64,000 nt of DNA, taken from NCBI RefSeq assembly GCF_964355755.1, contig NC_092671.1, positions 19,468,001 through 19,532,000 on the forward strand. The letters run 5' to 3'. The notes beneath the pieces are model-generated. The model had not been told where the DNA came from, did no database searches, and saw nothing but the letters and a program-made list of their open reading frames with translations. The translations under genes and the position numbers were made by a program. Origin of the DNA: Antedon mediterranea (Eukaryota; Animalia; Echinodermata). Shown in pieces: positions 28,101 through 41,700 of the stretch; the stretch's first letter is position 1, and every line of letters begins with the position of its first letter.

Positions 28101-28490
28101 TTTAATTTATGACACGGTTTTAAAGAAATTGTTATTAAGTAATTCAAAATACATAAATTAACATTCTTTTGTGGAAGACCCTGTAACCCAATGTTGTCTA
28201 GGTTTTTCTCTAAAATCTCGAGTATTTATCGCTTAGGCCCTACTGGTAGTTAAGTTGTTAATCGGCCCAATTCCAATATTTTAATTTATATATCGTAATT
28301 AAAGCCCCGCCACATGCACACACACAGTATTGTATTAAAACACATTTATATTTGTAGTAGAATCCATTGACTTCCATGATCTATAATTGACCAAGTACTT
28401 TGATAAAATTTTTACTATATTTTATCACTTCTTGATATAATTGTGTTGTATTTTTTCATATTTAGGGAGAATTTATTTGATTATACATGC

Positions 28491-28615
28491 TACCATATTA
28501 CACCCACAAAATTAAACGCCTTGTTTGGATAAACGCCTCCCTCGCGAATAAACGTCCCTCTAAAACTCCTCCTGAACAATAAACGCCCCGGGTCGTTTAT
28601 TCGAATAAATACGGT
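28491..28615. mobile_element. Small degenerate MITE (TACCGTA-type ends)
   Basis: TACCATATT...AAATACGGT ends and internal ATAAACGCC repeats, typical of pogo/Tigger-like MITEs. Confidence 0.4.
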
Positions 28616-31436
28616 TTTATTATAAATTAAAATTATAATGAAAGTAGGTCTAACTGTAAGGTTGAGATTTAATAACGTCGAGAAAATCGGCTCCCATCGC
28701 GACAACAAAAGGACCATGGCGCCCGTACAAAAATACGGGCGCCAAGTACGAAGACACGACACCCATGGCGAAGAATCACTCCGATGTGGAGACAACAAAA
28801 TAGACCTCATGGCAAAATGGTGACAACGACGACGCCGATGAAGGATGAAGGCGAGAAAGATTACGATGAGGACTCTATTTAACAAAGCAACGACCAACAG
28901 TTTTTATAATAGTTCATGATATTAAACAACTTAAGCAGACATATTGTAACTGGGGGTGAAATCAGTTAATACATTTTAATTATAATGATAGGCCTATACA
29001 ATAAAACAATGCTTTATATAAACGTAATTTGCCGGAGTTAAGAATAGACATAACTAATTTAATATTAAATAGTAAACTCATTGTCAAGGACATTTTTCGA
29101 TTGTTTATTACGACTTAATATCTGCTTAATTATCCATTGTTCAAAACAATCCAAATGCAAATAAATAAATAAATATGTAAATTAAACATTATTAACTCTC
29201 CAACATTAAAAAGATTTTTTGGCAGATTTTAATATTTTCACAATTTCTACTGATCAACATTCATTTAATTTATTCTAATATCCTTTGCAATGAACCCCGT
29301 TGCAAATTGTATCACTCTGTAGACAATCATTGTAATCGATATTTTATTTTACTATTTTGTGTTGTTTAATTGTAGTTGGAAACCTTACATAATGTGGCAT
29401 TCAATTGGTTTACATCACGTACACATTTATTGACAATTACATTTACAATATTTAGTAGTATACTAAAAGAAGCGAGTGCTTGTCAGTTTGCTAACTATTT
29501 AAATGCATTTAAATGTACAACATTCAACACAAATGATGTACAAAAAAACATCATGGGTCGCCCACGACCGGTCAGCACCTTCGGTTTACGAACAGTTGTT
29601 TTCGTAAAACTTAAAAGACTCAATAGATTTTATTGAGTTTATGACTACTTGGTTTATGTTCCTAAATATTCCTGTTCCTAAGTGGTGGTCGTCAGCGACT
29701 AATTATTATACCTTTGGGTGCAAGTTGCTTGTGTGATAGTATAAACTGTAAACAAGGAGAGAGAAACAGTTACTATATTCACACTCTTCATTCAACTCAT
29801 CAATAGAGTTTATAGTTCATTAACATTTATAATGACTTTCCACATGAATTCTTTACGGGGTTGTACAAATTAAATCGCTAATTATATCAAGGCACACGTA
29901 CTTAATTTCAAATGAATCATAGTGTATACAATATTTAACTTAACTTAAATAAAAATAAAGTGAAATGGGGGCGTTAAGATTATTCAGAATACAGTAATAT
30001 TGAAGACTCCAACAGAAATAAACCTGAGCAAAAGTGTTTTTTTGGAATTATTACAATACGCCATTAACGATAGACCGCTGTATACAGCATATCAACTTCT
30101 TTATAATTGATTTTAATATCAGTTTAAACGTCACTTTAAAGTGCAGTTCAATGTTGGGCTATACTAAAGAAACACTAAGGTGACTGTTTGGCCTATATTG
30201 TCACACCATGCTGAGGTAACTGGCACAATTAAAATAACATTTGCACAGAAATACTGCCAATTTTTAATATATTATGCCTATAAATTTAAAGGTAGGTTGT
30301 AATAATACCTACGTAACCAGAAGACAAGTTCAACTTTATTTACCTTCTCTTTAAAAGAATACCAATTTCCAATGCATTATTTCCTTACCAGCAGAAAATA
30401 ATATTTGTTTCATCTAATGTAGTTATCAAATTGCAGTCAAGTTTAGGTTGTTCCCATTTAGGTAGAGTGACAGCTAATAAATTGGATTTTTTCTAGACAA
30501 TCTGGAAAACAAAAAAGGACAAAGCTCTGATTCGGGTTATTTTATGACGGTAGCACGAATTATTTTACGGGCAACACGAACCATCAGGCGTCGACCCACT
30601 TCTATGTATTAAAATCTTATTAAACATATTGGTATTAATTTTACTTGTTATTTTAATTGATACCATTTCGTTTTCTCTTATCTCTTCTAGGCCTATAACA
30701 TTTTAAAAATTCGTCATAAATGTAGGCTTTATTGCCATCCAACATACCATCGCTAACATACAGCAGGTCCTTCGTAATTTAGTTTTTTTTACTTAAAAAA
30801 TTCAAGTAAAATTCACCCTTGACATTTTGGAATCATGGCATTTTCACCATCACTCGACACAGCCAACAGACTTGTTGTCATCAACCGACTTGTTTCTAAC
30901 GAATGTTGTCTTTCGACCACACTATCAGCTGACTAAGTGACCTTTAAACGGTGTTCTGCCGCTTAAACAGCCAACCAACATTTGTTGTCACCAACTTGTT
31001 GTCATCCGACGTGTTGCCACCACCTTTCAGCAACATAATCAACGTGACCCCTCAAAATGATATCGTCACAATTAAGACCAACATGAATCTAATCATTGCC
31101 GACAAACAACCTATGTTCATTTGTTTTTATAAAATAGGCCTTTGCCAGCATAAATATTGTTGCTTAACCTATGCACATACACTCTCACGTACATTAAGTC
31201 CGTGTAAACATACATTTCATCCCAAACTGTGTCCAGGCATTGGCGCTGTATGGCTTAAGGCCTTGCCAACATAGGACTTACTGCGGCCGTCCAACTAGCT
31301 GTGTTCATCGGAAATTGACTCTGTCCTTTCCAACATAAATTTTGCAGCCAAAACTGCAGTGCTTATCATACCTTGTCGCCTCAAGTCTTTGCCAACATAT
31401 GACGTCCAACCTGTAGCTGAAAATAACTTTGTCTTC

Positions 31437-32100
31437 TTAGGACCCTACGAAAATACCTTGCAGCCCAACCGTGTTCACCAGACTTTGTCTCTTTAGGACC
31501 CTACGAAATTACCCTTTAGCCCAACCGTGTTCACCAGACTTTCTCTCCCTAGGACCCAACCAAAATACCTTGTAGCCCAACCTTGTTCACCAGACTTTGT
31601 CTCCTTAGGACCCAACCAAAATACCTTGTAGCCCAACCTTGTTCACCAGACTTTGTCTCCTTAGGATCTACGAAAATACCTTGTAGCTCAACCGTGTTCA
31701 CCAGACTTTGTCTCCTTAGGACCCAACCAAAATACCTTGTAGCCCAACCTTGTTCACCAGACTTTGTCTCCTTAGGATCTACGAAAATACCTTGTAGCTC
31801 AACCGTGTTCACCAGACTTTGTCTCCTTAGGACCCTACGAAAATACCTTGTAGCCCAACCATGTTCACCAGGCTTTGTCTCCTTAGGATCTACGAAAATA
31901 CCTTGTAGCTCAACCGTGTTCACCAGACTTTGTCTCCTTAGGACCCTACCAAAATACCTTGTAGCCCAACCGTGTTCACCAGACTTAGTCTCTTTAGGAC
32001 CCTACGAACATACCTTATCGTCCAACCGTGTTCACCCGACTTGGTCTTCCTAGGACCTACGAAATACCTTGTAGCCCAACCGTGTTCACCAGACCTTGTC
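31437..32100. repeat. 55/56-bp minisatellite (about 12 monomers) with 111-bp dimer periodicity
   Basis: TTAGGACCC..AAATACCTTGTAGCCCAACCGTGTTCACCAGACTTTGTCTCC; alternating 56- and 55-bp monomers explain the 37-aa repeats in the spurious ORFs. Confidence 0.92.
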
Positions 32101-32774
32101 TCCGTTTTCCTTGCTAACCGATATGAATGTTGTTATTACAAAATAGAAAAACATAAAATAATGATTACTCTATTAGAAAATTATTGTACGTAAATAATTT
32201 GTCGTCATTGTTACCCATTTAAAATATTTAAACACAATTCGATTACTATGTTGCTTTGATCTATTGTAACTTAGTATTAGTAAAATTACAATATTCTACC
32301 ATATATTTTTTGAATTTGGATAATGTAAACGAATTTATCAACATCGACAGAAATTATTATGTTTTTTTCTTAAGCCCATGTCCGGTCTTCACTTCACCGT
32401 TTCTTGATTTGTCTGTTTTAATTTATTTTTTAACAGCTTAAAAACTGTAGAAAAAAAGAGGTGTAACTAATATTTAAACACATTTGTTTTAAATATGCAA
32501 TATCTAATAGCAGTTACAAATTCAAATCATATCTTGTATGGTAATGTATTATTGTCGAGGTTCATAAACACAAAAACGTATAGGAGGCAAGAATACGGTC
32601 TGAGAGATATTGAAAAGGGATCTCAATAGCATCGATTATTATAAAAACAGACAAATTCTAAATGTAGAATTATAAATTGCCTTTTTTTTTCTGGATTCTA
32701 CGGGAGGCCCTCCTCTTTATCCAAATTCTAAGCCTCATTAATATGTTTAATCATATTGTTTTTTTTAAATGTAG

Positions 32775-35700
32775 GTTTGTAGATGCCGGTGGTATTGAGC
32801 ATACACGTTTTGTCTGTTGTGGTGGTTGGTTACAGCAAGGAAACGATTGCACAAGGCGTAAGTAAAACTAAGATTAGTTTTTATAACTTTATTTTTACTT
32901 CAAATCATATGTAAATATATAGAACATAAAACTCTTACTTTGAGCTTAAGTTCATACGGGTGGAATTCAAGTAAATTGTTAGTTTGTTGTTGCGGGTATT
33001 CGTTCGATAGTATTCTTATACTTATTAATGAGAAGGTGATTATAATGCATGATGTGATAATATAATTTTAATTATAATTTGATAATGATGATAATGAAAA
33101 AGGGATAATGCGAGGATACATCAGATGCAAATGTGTGTATTGATGGAAATATAATATTACTATGAAGAAACGACATATAGACAAAATAAGATGATGTTGA
33201 AGTGTGTTTATTGACCTTGAATAGCAAAAGGTTGGTGCACTGTATAATCACAATAGTTACTAGTATCCAAAATTGAACACTCTTTTATGTATATGTATTA
33301 AAAATTGATCAAATAAAGATGCCATCCTTTTAAGAAATCAATAGAATTCTAAACGCGTATACAGATAAATTCTCAAGATGATTGTGAGAATAATACATGA
33401 TGAACAGTGCGTTACCAATGCTTTGAGTTATCTATTTCTATTTACCATATGGTCATTTATTTGTCATTCGGTCTATTGGGACTTACTTACTGGATTTAAG
33501 AATTCGAAGGAAGTTTCGAGCTTGTTTTGGTATATAACGTTATCAATTATTAAATACATAATTATATATTATACATAACAATAATTGATCTATTTGACCA
33601 AACCCGTTTATGCTATATCGATCACTTTCAAGGACATTCAGGTTATCTAAATGAAATAAAGTACTTTCATATCATATACAGTATGCAAACGCCTACTGTA
33701 TTTCTTTGTAATATTCTATCACTATTTCTGTCGATTAACGTAGATGTGGAAGTAGAAGTTTGTTTCCAGTTAGGATTACGTATAATAAACGATATACGCC
33801 ATAGAACAATACAATACGTGCACTTTATTTGCAGAAACATATCCGGTAATTGATACACAGACTGTTTAGATATCAGTTAGGCCTATTTGTGATCGAAAAT
33901 ATTAGTAGGTCCATGATGAGACCAACGTTGACGAACCATAGTTACCTGTATATAAAATGATAATAATTAGTACGGCCCTACCCATCACAAAGATTTCGCT
34001 GGTGCCGGACTCACGCCAGGCAGCAGGCCTACATAAGAAAGACCTTACCACGATCATCACATTGAACACTGATTGTCCTCTTGTGTATGTGCATTGAATC
34101 AATGACTTAATGGGCTTAAGTTAGGAGAAACTAAAACTATTTTCCAAGACACGCAGAAGTACTGTGTATATATTTATAAAGCCATACATATTATAATCAA
34201 GTGAACGACGGCGAGTTGGAACTATAGATGTATATTATGACAACATTCATCACATTTCATTAAAACATTAGAATTCATGACTTTTTGTGTATTGCGCAGA
34301 AAAAAAGATGATAATAGCTTACAAGGATAAATTTAACTAACCAGTATAACTTCTTATGTGTCTCTCATCAACTTTCAATTAGTAAATACTCTATAATAAT
34401 AAAATACTGTGAAATTTAAATTATACGTTCGGGAAATTAATTTATTCAATAAGTTATGTTAATTATATTTCTTTATTTGCCAGCGTGTCCACCTAGAACA
34501 TGGGGCGAAGATTGCGGTGGGCAGTGCCATTGCCTGCAAGGGTCTACTTGTGATCACGTGACGGGTGTTTGTAAGTGTATGGTTGGCTGGGCAGGTGAAA
34601 CGTGTGATCAGAGATGTGCACCAAACACATATGGAGAAAATTGCAGTCAAAAGTGCACGTGCGAAAACGGCGCAACGTGTGACCTGGGTACAGGACAATG
34701 TAAGTGTCCACCTGGAGTATACGGACGTAACTGTGAACTTCTTTGTCCACCTGGATTTTATGGTGTTGGGTGTACGAAAAGGTAACCTTTGATTCCCATT
34801 TTAGCCAACTATGAAATTATTATCTATTTATAATAATATAATATAAAAATGATATAACAAGTTTGTTTCTGTAATCTAATTTGTTCATGCGAAAATAGGT
34901 AATGCATAATACAATGTATATATTTTATGCCTACTTAATTTCCTTCTAACTTCAATTTTTAAACTGTTATTATGTTTGGCAGTTCATATTTCCTCTACAT
35001 CTAAACTAATTCACGTGTTTATTTAATTTAACTTGACTCTTTAAATTTTTAAAAACATGATTCATTTTCCAGATGTGGATGTCAAAATAATGGATTGTGC
35101 GACCATGTGGACGGAACCTGTACGTGTCCGTCTGGGTACATTGGTAACAAATGTGAACGTACTTGCCCCAGCGGATTTTACAGCGTAGGATGTACAAGTC
35201 AATGTAGTTGCCATGCTAATTCAACGTGTAACCACGTAGATGGCTCGTGTAAATGTGCAGCTGGATACACAGGGACAACATGCCATGAGACTTGTTCACC
35301 TGGTACATGGGGTGTAGATTGTCTGCAAATTTGCAGGTGTCAAAATGGTGGAAAATGCGATATGCTCACAGGGGATTGCACATGCGCACCTGGTTGGAAA
35401 GGTAGACGTTGTAACAAGATGTGTGATTGGTCTAAATACGGACAGGATTGCGCTTCAACGTGCGCATGCCAGAATGAGGCTGGTTGTAGCAATGTGGACG
35501 GTACTTGTTTCTGTACACCCGGATGGGTCGGTGAAAATTGTGAAAGAATGTGTAATCGAGGATGGTATGGGTTAGGATGTAGAAAAAGATGTGACTGTCC
35601 ATTGTCCGGGCAATGTGACCATATTACCGGTAAATGTTTCTGCCCAATCGGATTTCAAGGACGTGCTTGCAATGAAACTTGCACAGATGGATTTTTTGGT

Positions 35701-38700
35701 CTTGGATGTCGAAGGAAATGTCACTGCGCTAATAACGCTAAATGTGACAACATAAAGGGAAACTGTATCTGCAAACCTGGATGGAAAGGCAAGTACTGTG
35801 AATTACCTTGTGATGAAGGCTTTTATGGACTGGGATGCAACAGCACGTGTCCATGTGAAAATAGTGCAAGTTGTGATCACATATCAGGTTCTTGTCTTTG
35901 TCTACGAGGATGGTCGGGTGACAGATGTCAGGAAAAATGCCCCGCTGGTACTTTCGGACTTCATTGTGCAATGAAATGTGGATGCAACAATGGAGCAAGG
36001 TGCCATCACATTACAGGGAAATGCACTTGTACTGAGGGATGGCAAGGTACGATGTGTAATAGGCCATGTAATACTGGATATTACGGTCAAGGCTGCAATC
36101 AGGTATGTTCATGTCGAAATGGTGCCGAATGTAATAATGTTAATGGTTCTTGTACGTGCCAACCCGGTTGGCAAGGTGCTATTTGCTCGCGTGAATGTGA
36201 TAAAGGTTTCTATGGTTTACGATGCAATGAAACATGTCAATGTGAAAATGGGGGTCAATGTAATCATGTGACAGGAACCTGTACTTGTCAATCTGGCTGG
36301 CTCGGACCAACTTGTAACGGAACGTGTCCTCAAGGAAGATATGGAAACAAGTGTTCGCGTTTTTGCAATTGTCTAAATAACGCCCAATGTGATCCAGGAA
36401 CAGGTGCCTGCTCCTGTTCAGCTGGTTGGAAAGGAACCACATGTAGTGTCCCTTGTACTGGAACAGAATATGGTCCAGATTGTGCTTTAAGATGCCAATG
36501 TAAAAATGGAGCAACGTGTAATAGATTCGACGGCTCTTGTACGTGTACTATCGGATGGGATGGAAAATATTGTCATGAACATTGTTTGAATAACACATTT
36601 GGTGAGGGATGTAGAACAAAATGCCTGTGCAAAAACAACGCCTCGTGTCATCATATAACTGGTGAATGCACTTGTAAGGCTGGGTGGATGGGCAACCATT
36701 GCGGATTTACTTGCATCCAAGGATTGTATGGTCCAGGATGCCATCAACGTTGTCAATGCCCACGAGGTCTTACGTGTTCCCCAATTGATGGGTCATGTAT
36801 CTGCGAGCCTGGATGGACTGGTAGGCTATGTGATACGCCTTGTCGAGAAGGAAATTTTGGTCAGGCATGTGCTTATAAATGTCAACCATGTGGCCATGGA
36901 GCTAGATGTGACCATGTCAATGGAAACTGCTTGTGTTCTCCAGGATGGACCGGGCCTTCTTGTATAACAAAATGTCCTACCGGATTTTACGGACCGTATT
37001 GTAGGAACGCATGTTCTTGTGAGAACGGAGCACTCTGTGACCCAGTCTATGGAACATGTATATGTCCACCGGGGTGGATAGGAGACACGTGTTCTGAAAC
37101 ATGTCCTCCAGCTACGTACGGCCTAAATTGCAAACATATTTGCCGATGCGAAAACCTCGGTGTATGCAACAGTGAAAATGGATCTTGTGATTGTACAGAG
37201 GGTTGGACAGGTGAACGTTGTCACATATCTTGTCCATCTAAGACATTCGGAACTAATTGTGAACAGTCATGTAAATGTCAGAATAACGCCACATGTGACA
37301 GATTCACTGGCCAATGTATGTGTGCATCAGGCTGGAAGGGACCTGCTTGTATGGTAACATGTCCTTCTGGCACATGGGGTCCACAGTGCACAGACAAGTG
37401 TAACTGTCAAAATAATGCAACTTGTGACCCCACTGTAGGGTGTAAGTGTACGCCTGGATGGAAGGGAGTCTATTGCACAGTGCCATGCGACTATGGCACG
37501 TATGGAGATAACTGCAAGTTCAATTGTTTGTGCGAGAATGGAGGCGTGTGTAACCATATTACTGGTTGTATATGTGAACCAGGGTGGAGAGGCAAACGGT
37601 GTTCTAGAACATGTCCATCTGGATACTATGGACATAATTGTACTTCGAGGTGTTCATGCAGCAGCAACGGCGTCTGCCATCATGTTGATGGATGCGTTTG
37701 TGCACCTGGATTTATTGGTGATAACTGTGAAAATGCATGTCCTATTGGTTGGTATGGTGACAGATGTACGAAGCTCTGTGAATGTCAGAATGGAGCGACA
37801 TGTGATGCTACTCACGGCTGTATGTGTCGGTCTGGTTGGACTGGCGAAAAATGTACCAAATTATGTCCACTTGGCACATTTGGTGAAAATTGTAGCAGAC
37901 AATGTGATTGTCAGAATGGCGCAGATTGTGACCCTGTACGTGGATGTGTCTGTGCCCCTGGATGGCGGGGCAGTCGTTGCACGCGGCCGTGTTCGAGTGG
38001 CACATATGGATCGGAGTGTAAATATAGATGTGAGTGCCACAATGGAGCAACATGTAGTTCCCAATTGGGATGTGTTTGTACAAATGGTTGGCAAGGAGGA
38101 TTTTGTAATGTCACTTGTCCATCAGGTTATTACGGCAGCGGATGTCTACAAAAATGTTCTGACAAATGTCCAAGTGGATATACATGCAATGCTTTTAGTG
38201 GAATATGTGAATGCCCATCAGGATATAAAGGCCCAAGGTGAGTTTATCATACTTGTGGACATCTATCATAGAAGTGTATTCATCAAATCAGATTGTAAAT
38301 GTGGAAGTACATACAAACCATTATAATGTATTTCCTCGAAAACAAATAATGGTTTTATAATGTTTTAATTGAATTATATCATGTCATATTACCATTATTT
38401 ATTTAATAATAATGTTCTTGAAATTAAAATTTAATGGATGGAAACGATGAGATGAGGAGGTGGTTCCAATACTGTTGATGTAATCTAATTCCATCTTCTT
38501 TAATTTATTTTAATTTATAGTTGTTTACATCGATGTGAGCCAGGGTTTTATGGAGCTGGATGTCAAATGATATGTAATTGTGCCGAGAATTTGGTATGTG
38601 AATCGGTAACTGGTATTTGCATCGGTGAGTAGTCCTATCACAACTCTCGTTTAATTTTAGAAGTAAACTATATTAAATTGAATGGTTTATGCAGGTTGCA

Positions 38701-41700
38701 ATATTACATGGCATTAAATACGTCCTTGTGGCTTTAGCTAAATATAATATTTAAAGTACAGTAATGAGGAATAAATATTGCAACTTTTAAGCATGTATTT
38801 ATATCGATACACGTAGGCCTATATACTGTTGCTAATCTTTGATTTGTAAGATTAAGACATCATCATTATGTTCACTAATTCGAGTAAATCGGTTATCATC
38901 GAATGTAATTCTTTGTGTTTGATGCGATTAAGTACAAGTACATTCAGATGTACAGGCTGTACATCTGAATGTGCTTGTACTTAATCGCAGGTATTTCTTT
39001 TGTTTCATATATTTCAATTAAAAAACCAAACAAAAAATTCCTCGGAATTTATTACGTTTACGATTAAGTTCCCTCAGCCCCGTGTGTTTATCTGTAACAG
39101 TAGGTCTACTTGCATGTGTCCTCCAATATGCCTATATTAGACATTTGTTTTCCTAAATTATGCTAAAACACGTCTCAAGACACAGCAATAGGTTCATCAA
39201 ACTTCTTTTACATTTAGCTTAATTTAGTTTGCTTATCATGCAATTACGAAGTAATAATCATTTAAGTCAATCCCTAACGTATTTCTTTTCATCATGAAAA
39301 AATAATATATTAGGATTCAGAATTGAAATTTAATTTATACAATTTCTTGTCTTTTCGCTTCATTAGATTTTATTATTATTCAACGACAATGACTGACGCT
39401 TGTCGTCACAGTTAGAAGTCAACGAGTAGGCAGGATTAGTACATTGTATAGGCCTACAATAGTAAAAATTACCAATTAATTGTCTTCTTGTCTAAGTATG
39501 CTAGTGTTGCCAGCCAACTATACGGGTTATCTTAGTATGCTAGTGCTGCCAGCCAGCTACACGGGTTATCTAAGTATGCTAGTGTTGCCAGCCAGCTACA
39601 CGGGTTATCTAAGTATGCTAGTGCTGCCAGCCAGCTACACGGGTTATCTAAGTATGCTAGTGCTGCCAGCCAGCTACACGGGTTATCTAAGTATGCTAGT
39701 GTTGCCAGCCAGCTACACGGGTTATCTAAGTATGCTAGTGTTGCCAGCCAGCTACACGGGTTATCTAAGTATGCTAGTGCTGCCAGCCAGCTACACGGGT
39801 TATCTAAGTATGCTAGTGTTGCCAGCCAGCTACATGGGTTATCTAAGTGTGCTAGTGTTGCCAGCCAGCTACACGGGTTATCTAAGTATGCTAGTGTTGC
39901 CAGCCAGCTACACGGGTTATCTAAGTATGCTAGTGTTGCCAGCCAGCTACACGGGTTATCTAAGTATGCTAGGTTTGCTGTTGACAGTATATCATTTTAT
40001 CTTTGCAAATTTAAAGATCTTTGAAAAGATAATTCTAAATAATTGTGGGTTACACTTTAGGGACTGAGAAATAAGAAAGTTTATTAGTTTAAGTATTGTA
40101 TTGATTTCCACTATAATTAAACATTAAGTATATGCATTTTTGTGGAACGGGTTGAAATTTGCTTGTTAACAGTTTTGAGTATAGTCCTCAGTAATTTAGT
40201 TCTAGGTCCATTTCCTTCACAACTCGTGTCACTACCTACGTGATTAATCCCGGATGGATGTATGAGTCAAATATTGGTATCGTCAACTAGAATCAAACAA
40301 GCAAACTAAATTGTTGTGATGGGTCTACGAGATAATTTAAACCTATGTGTGATTAAAATAGATAATAAATTGTAGGACTTGGCTGACCCTTTCGGTAAAC
40401 GGTTATTACATTATCTTCAAACCTAGCTTTTTAATCCACGCATATGTTTTAATTAGATTACTATTTATTTCACATCACAGCACGAATAATCAATTTATGT
40501 ATAGAATAAATTAAGATAAATGACAACATTGCAACATATATGTTGTAATAATGTAGATTATGCACGAAGGGATAATATTAAGCGTAGGTCTGGGAATATA
40601 CAGTTGCATGAACTTTTGAGTTCCTATCGGGACCAAGTCTGATTAGTTACAACGCATGCGCATCGCGTACACATCCGATTAGTGGGTGAACTCAGGGGAA
40701 TGTCATTATTCGATACTGCTTTTAAAAACACAAGAGTGTACCAGCTTTCCTATGACAAATAATCTCATTATTCTGGTTTATTTACACGCATCTAGAAATA
40801 ACCGTAAATGATCTTGGCCTGTGGCAGGATTTGTCACATAAGTAACCTTGTCACTAGGAGGGCCATCTGTGCGGAAAAAGGGGATCGAAGCATTTAAGTG
40901 TGAATCGATCGGCAGCAAGTACTTCGCATTACTTCAATTATGTGAAAACAATATCGCTCCATATCAAATCCATGTCAATACAGTACATATTCTCACCTAC
41001 ATATTTAGTTTCGCCAATAAGATAGTTTGGTATTAAAATGTAATGTTATTTCAGTGCAATATGTAGTTATATGTTGAATATGTTTTATCCTCTTTACAGA
41101 ATGGGCATTATATACAACTCCTTTCTACAATGACAGTACATCACGTGATCCAATGTTGATTCGGTATGTTCCGAATGAAATACCCGAGTCACCTGCTAAT
41201 AGGAAGGGTACTCATGTCCTAGCGTCACCTGTTCTTATGTACGTCATCATTGGAGGAGCTGCAGTAGTATCATTAATCTTCATTGTTATTGTAATCTTCG
41301 TTTTACAAAACTTCAAATGCGGTGCATACGGCTCTTACAGGTGAGGATAGGACTAGTATTAGGAGAATTGCTGGCTTCTTTTACCCATGTAATTTGGGAC
41401 ACGCGCTAGAAGACGGTTAATTTCGATGGAAGCTTAAGCTCTATTTACACTATCAAACTAGTTTGACAAAAATATGTGATGTGTTCAAATATGGTAGTGA
41501 TATGCCCACACATAGTAGTGATATGACATCATCATGTCCATATATGGGCACATCACATTTTTTTGGTCATATATAGTTTGATAGTGTAGACAAGGCTTAG
41601 GTCGAGTATAATGGTCTGGATCTGTCAAATCCACAACACTTTAATGCCATATCCATTTGGAGTCTCTCAGATCTGGCTTGGTAATCCCTTAAAAAATGCG

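Noticed and set aside
28490-28897. 135-aa minus-strand ORF
   Set aside because: Overlaps a MITE remnant and GAC/GAT-rich repeat sequence; no domain and no convincing splice context.
31549-32193. ORFs with 37-aa repeats on both strands
   Set aside because: Artefact of the 111-bp repeat period.
37493-38326. 277-aa alternative-frame ORF and antisense ORFs over the large EGF exon
   Set aside because: Shadow frames of Cys/Gly codon bias with no recognisable motifs.
39480-40067. 195-aa ORF with 13-aa repeats
   Set aside because: Product of a stop-free 39-bp intronic minisatellite with a TTG start and no homology cue.
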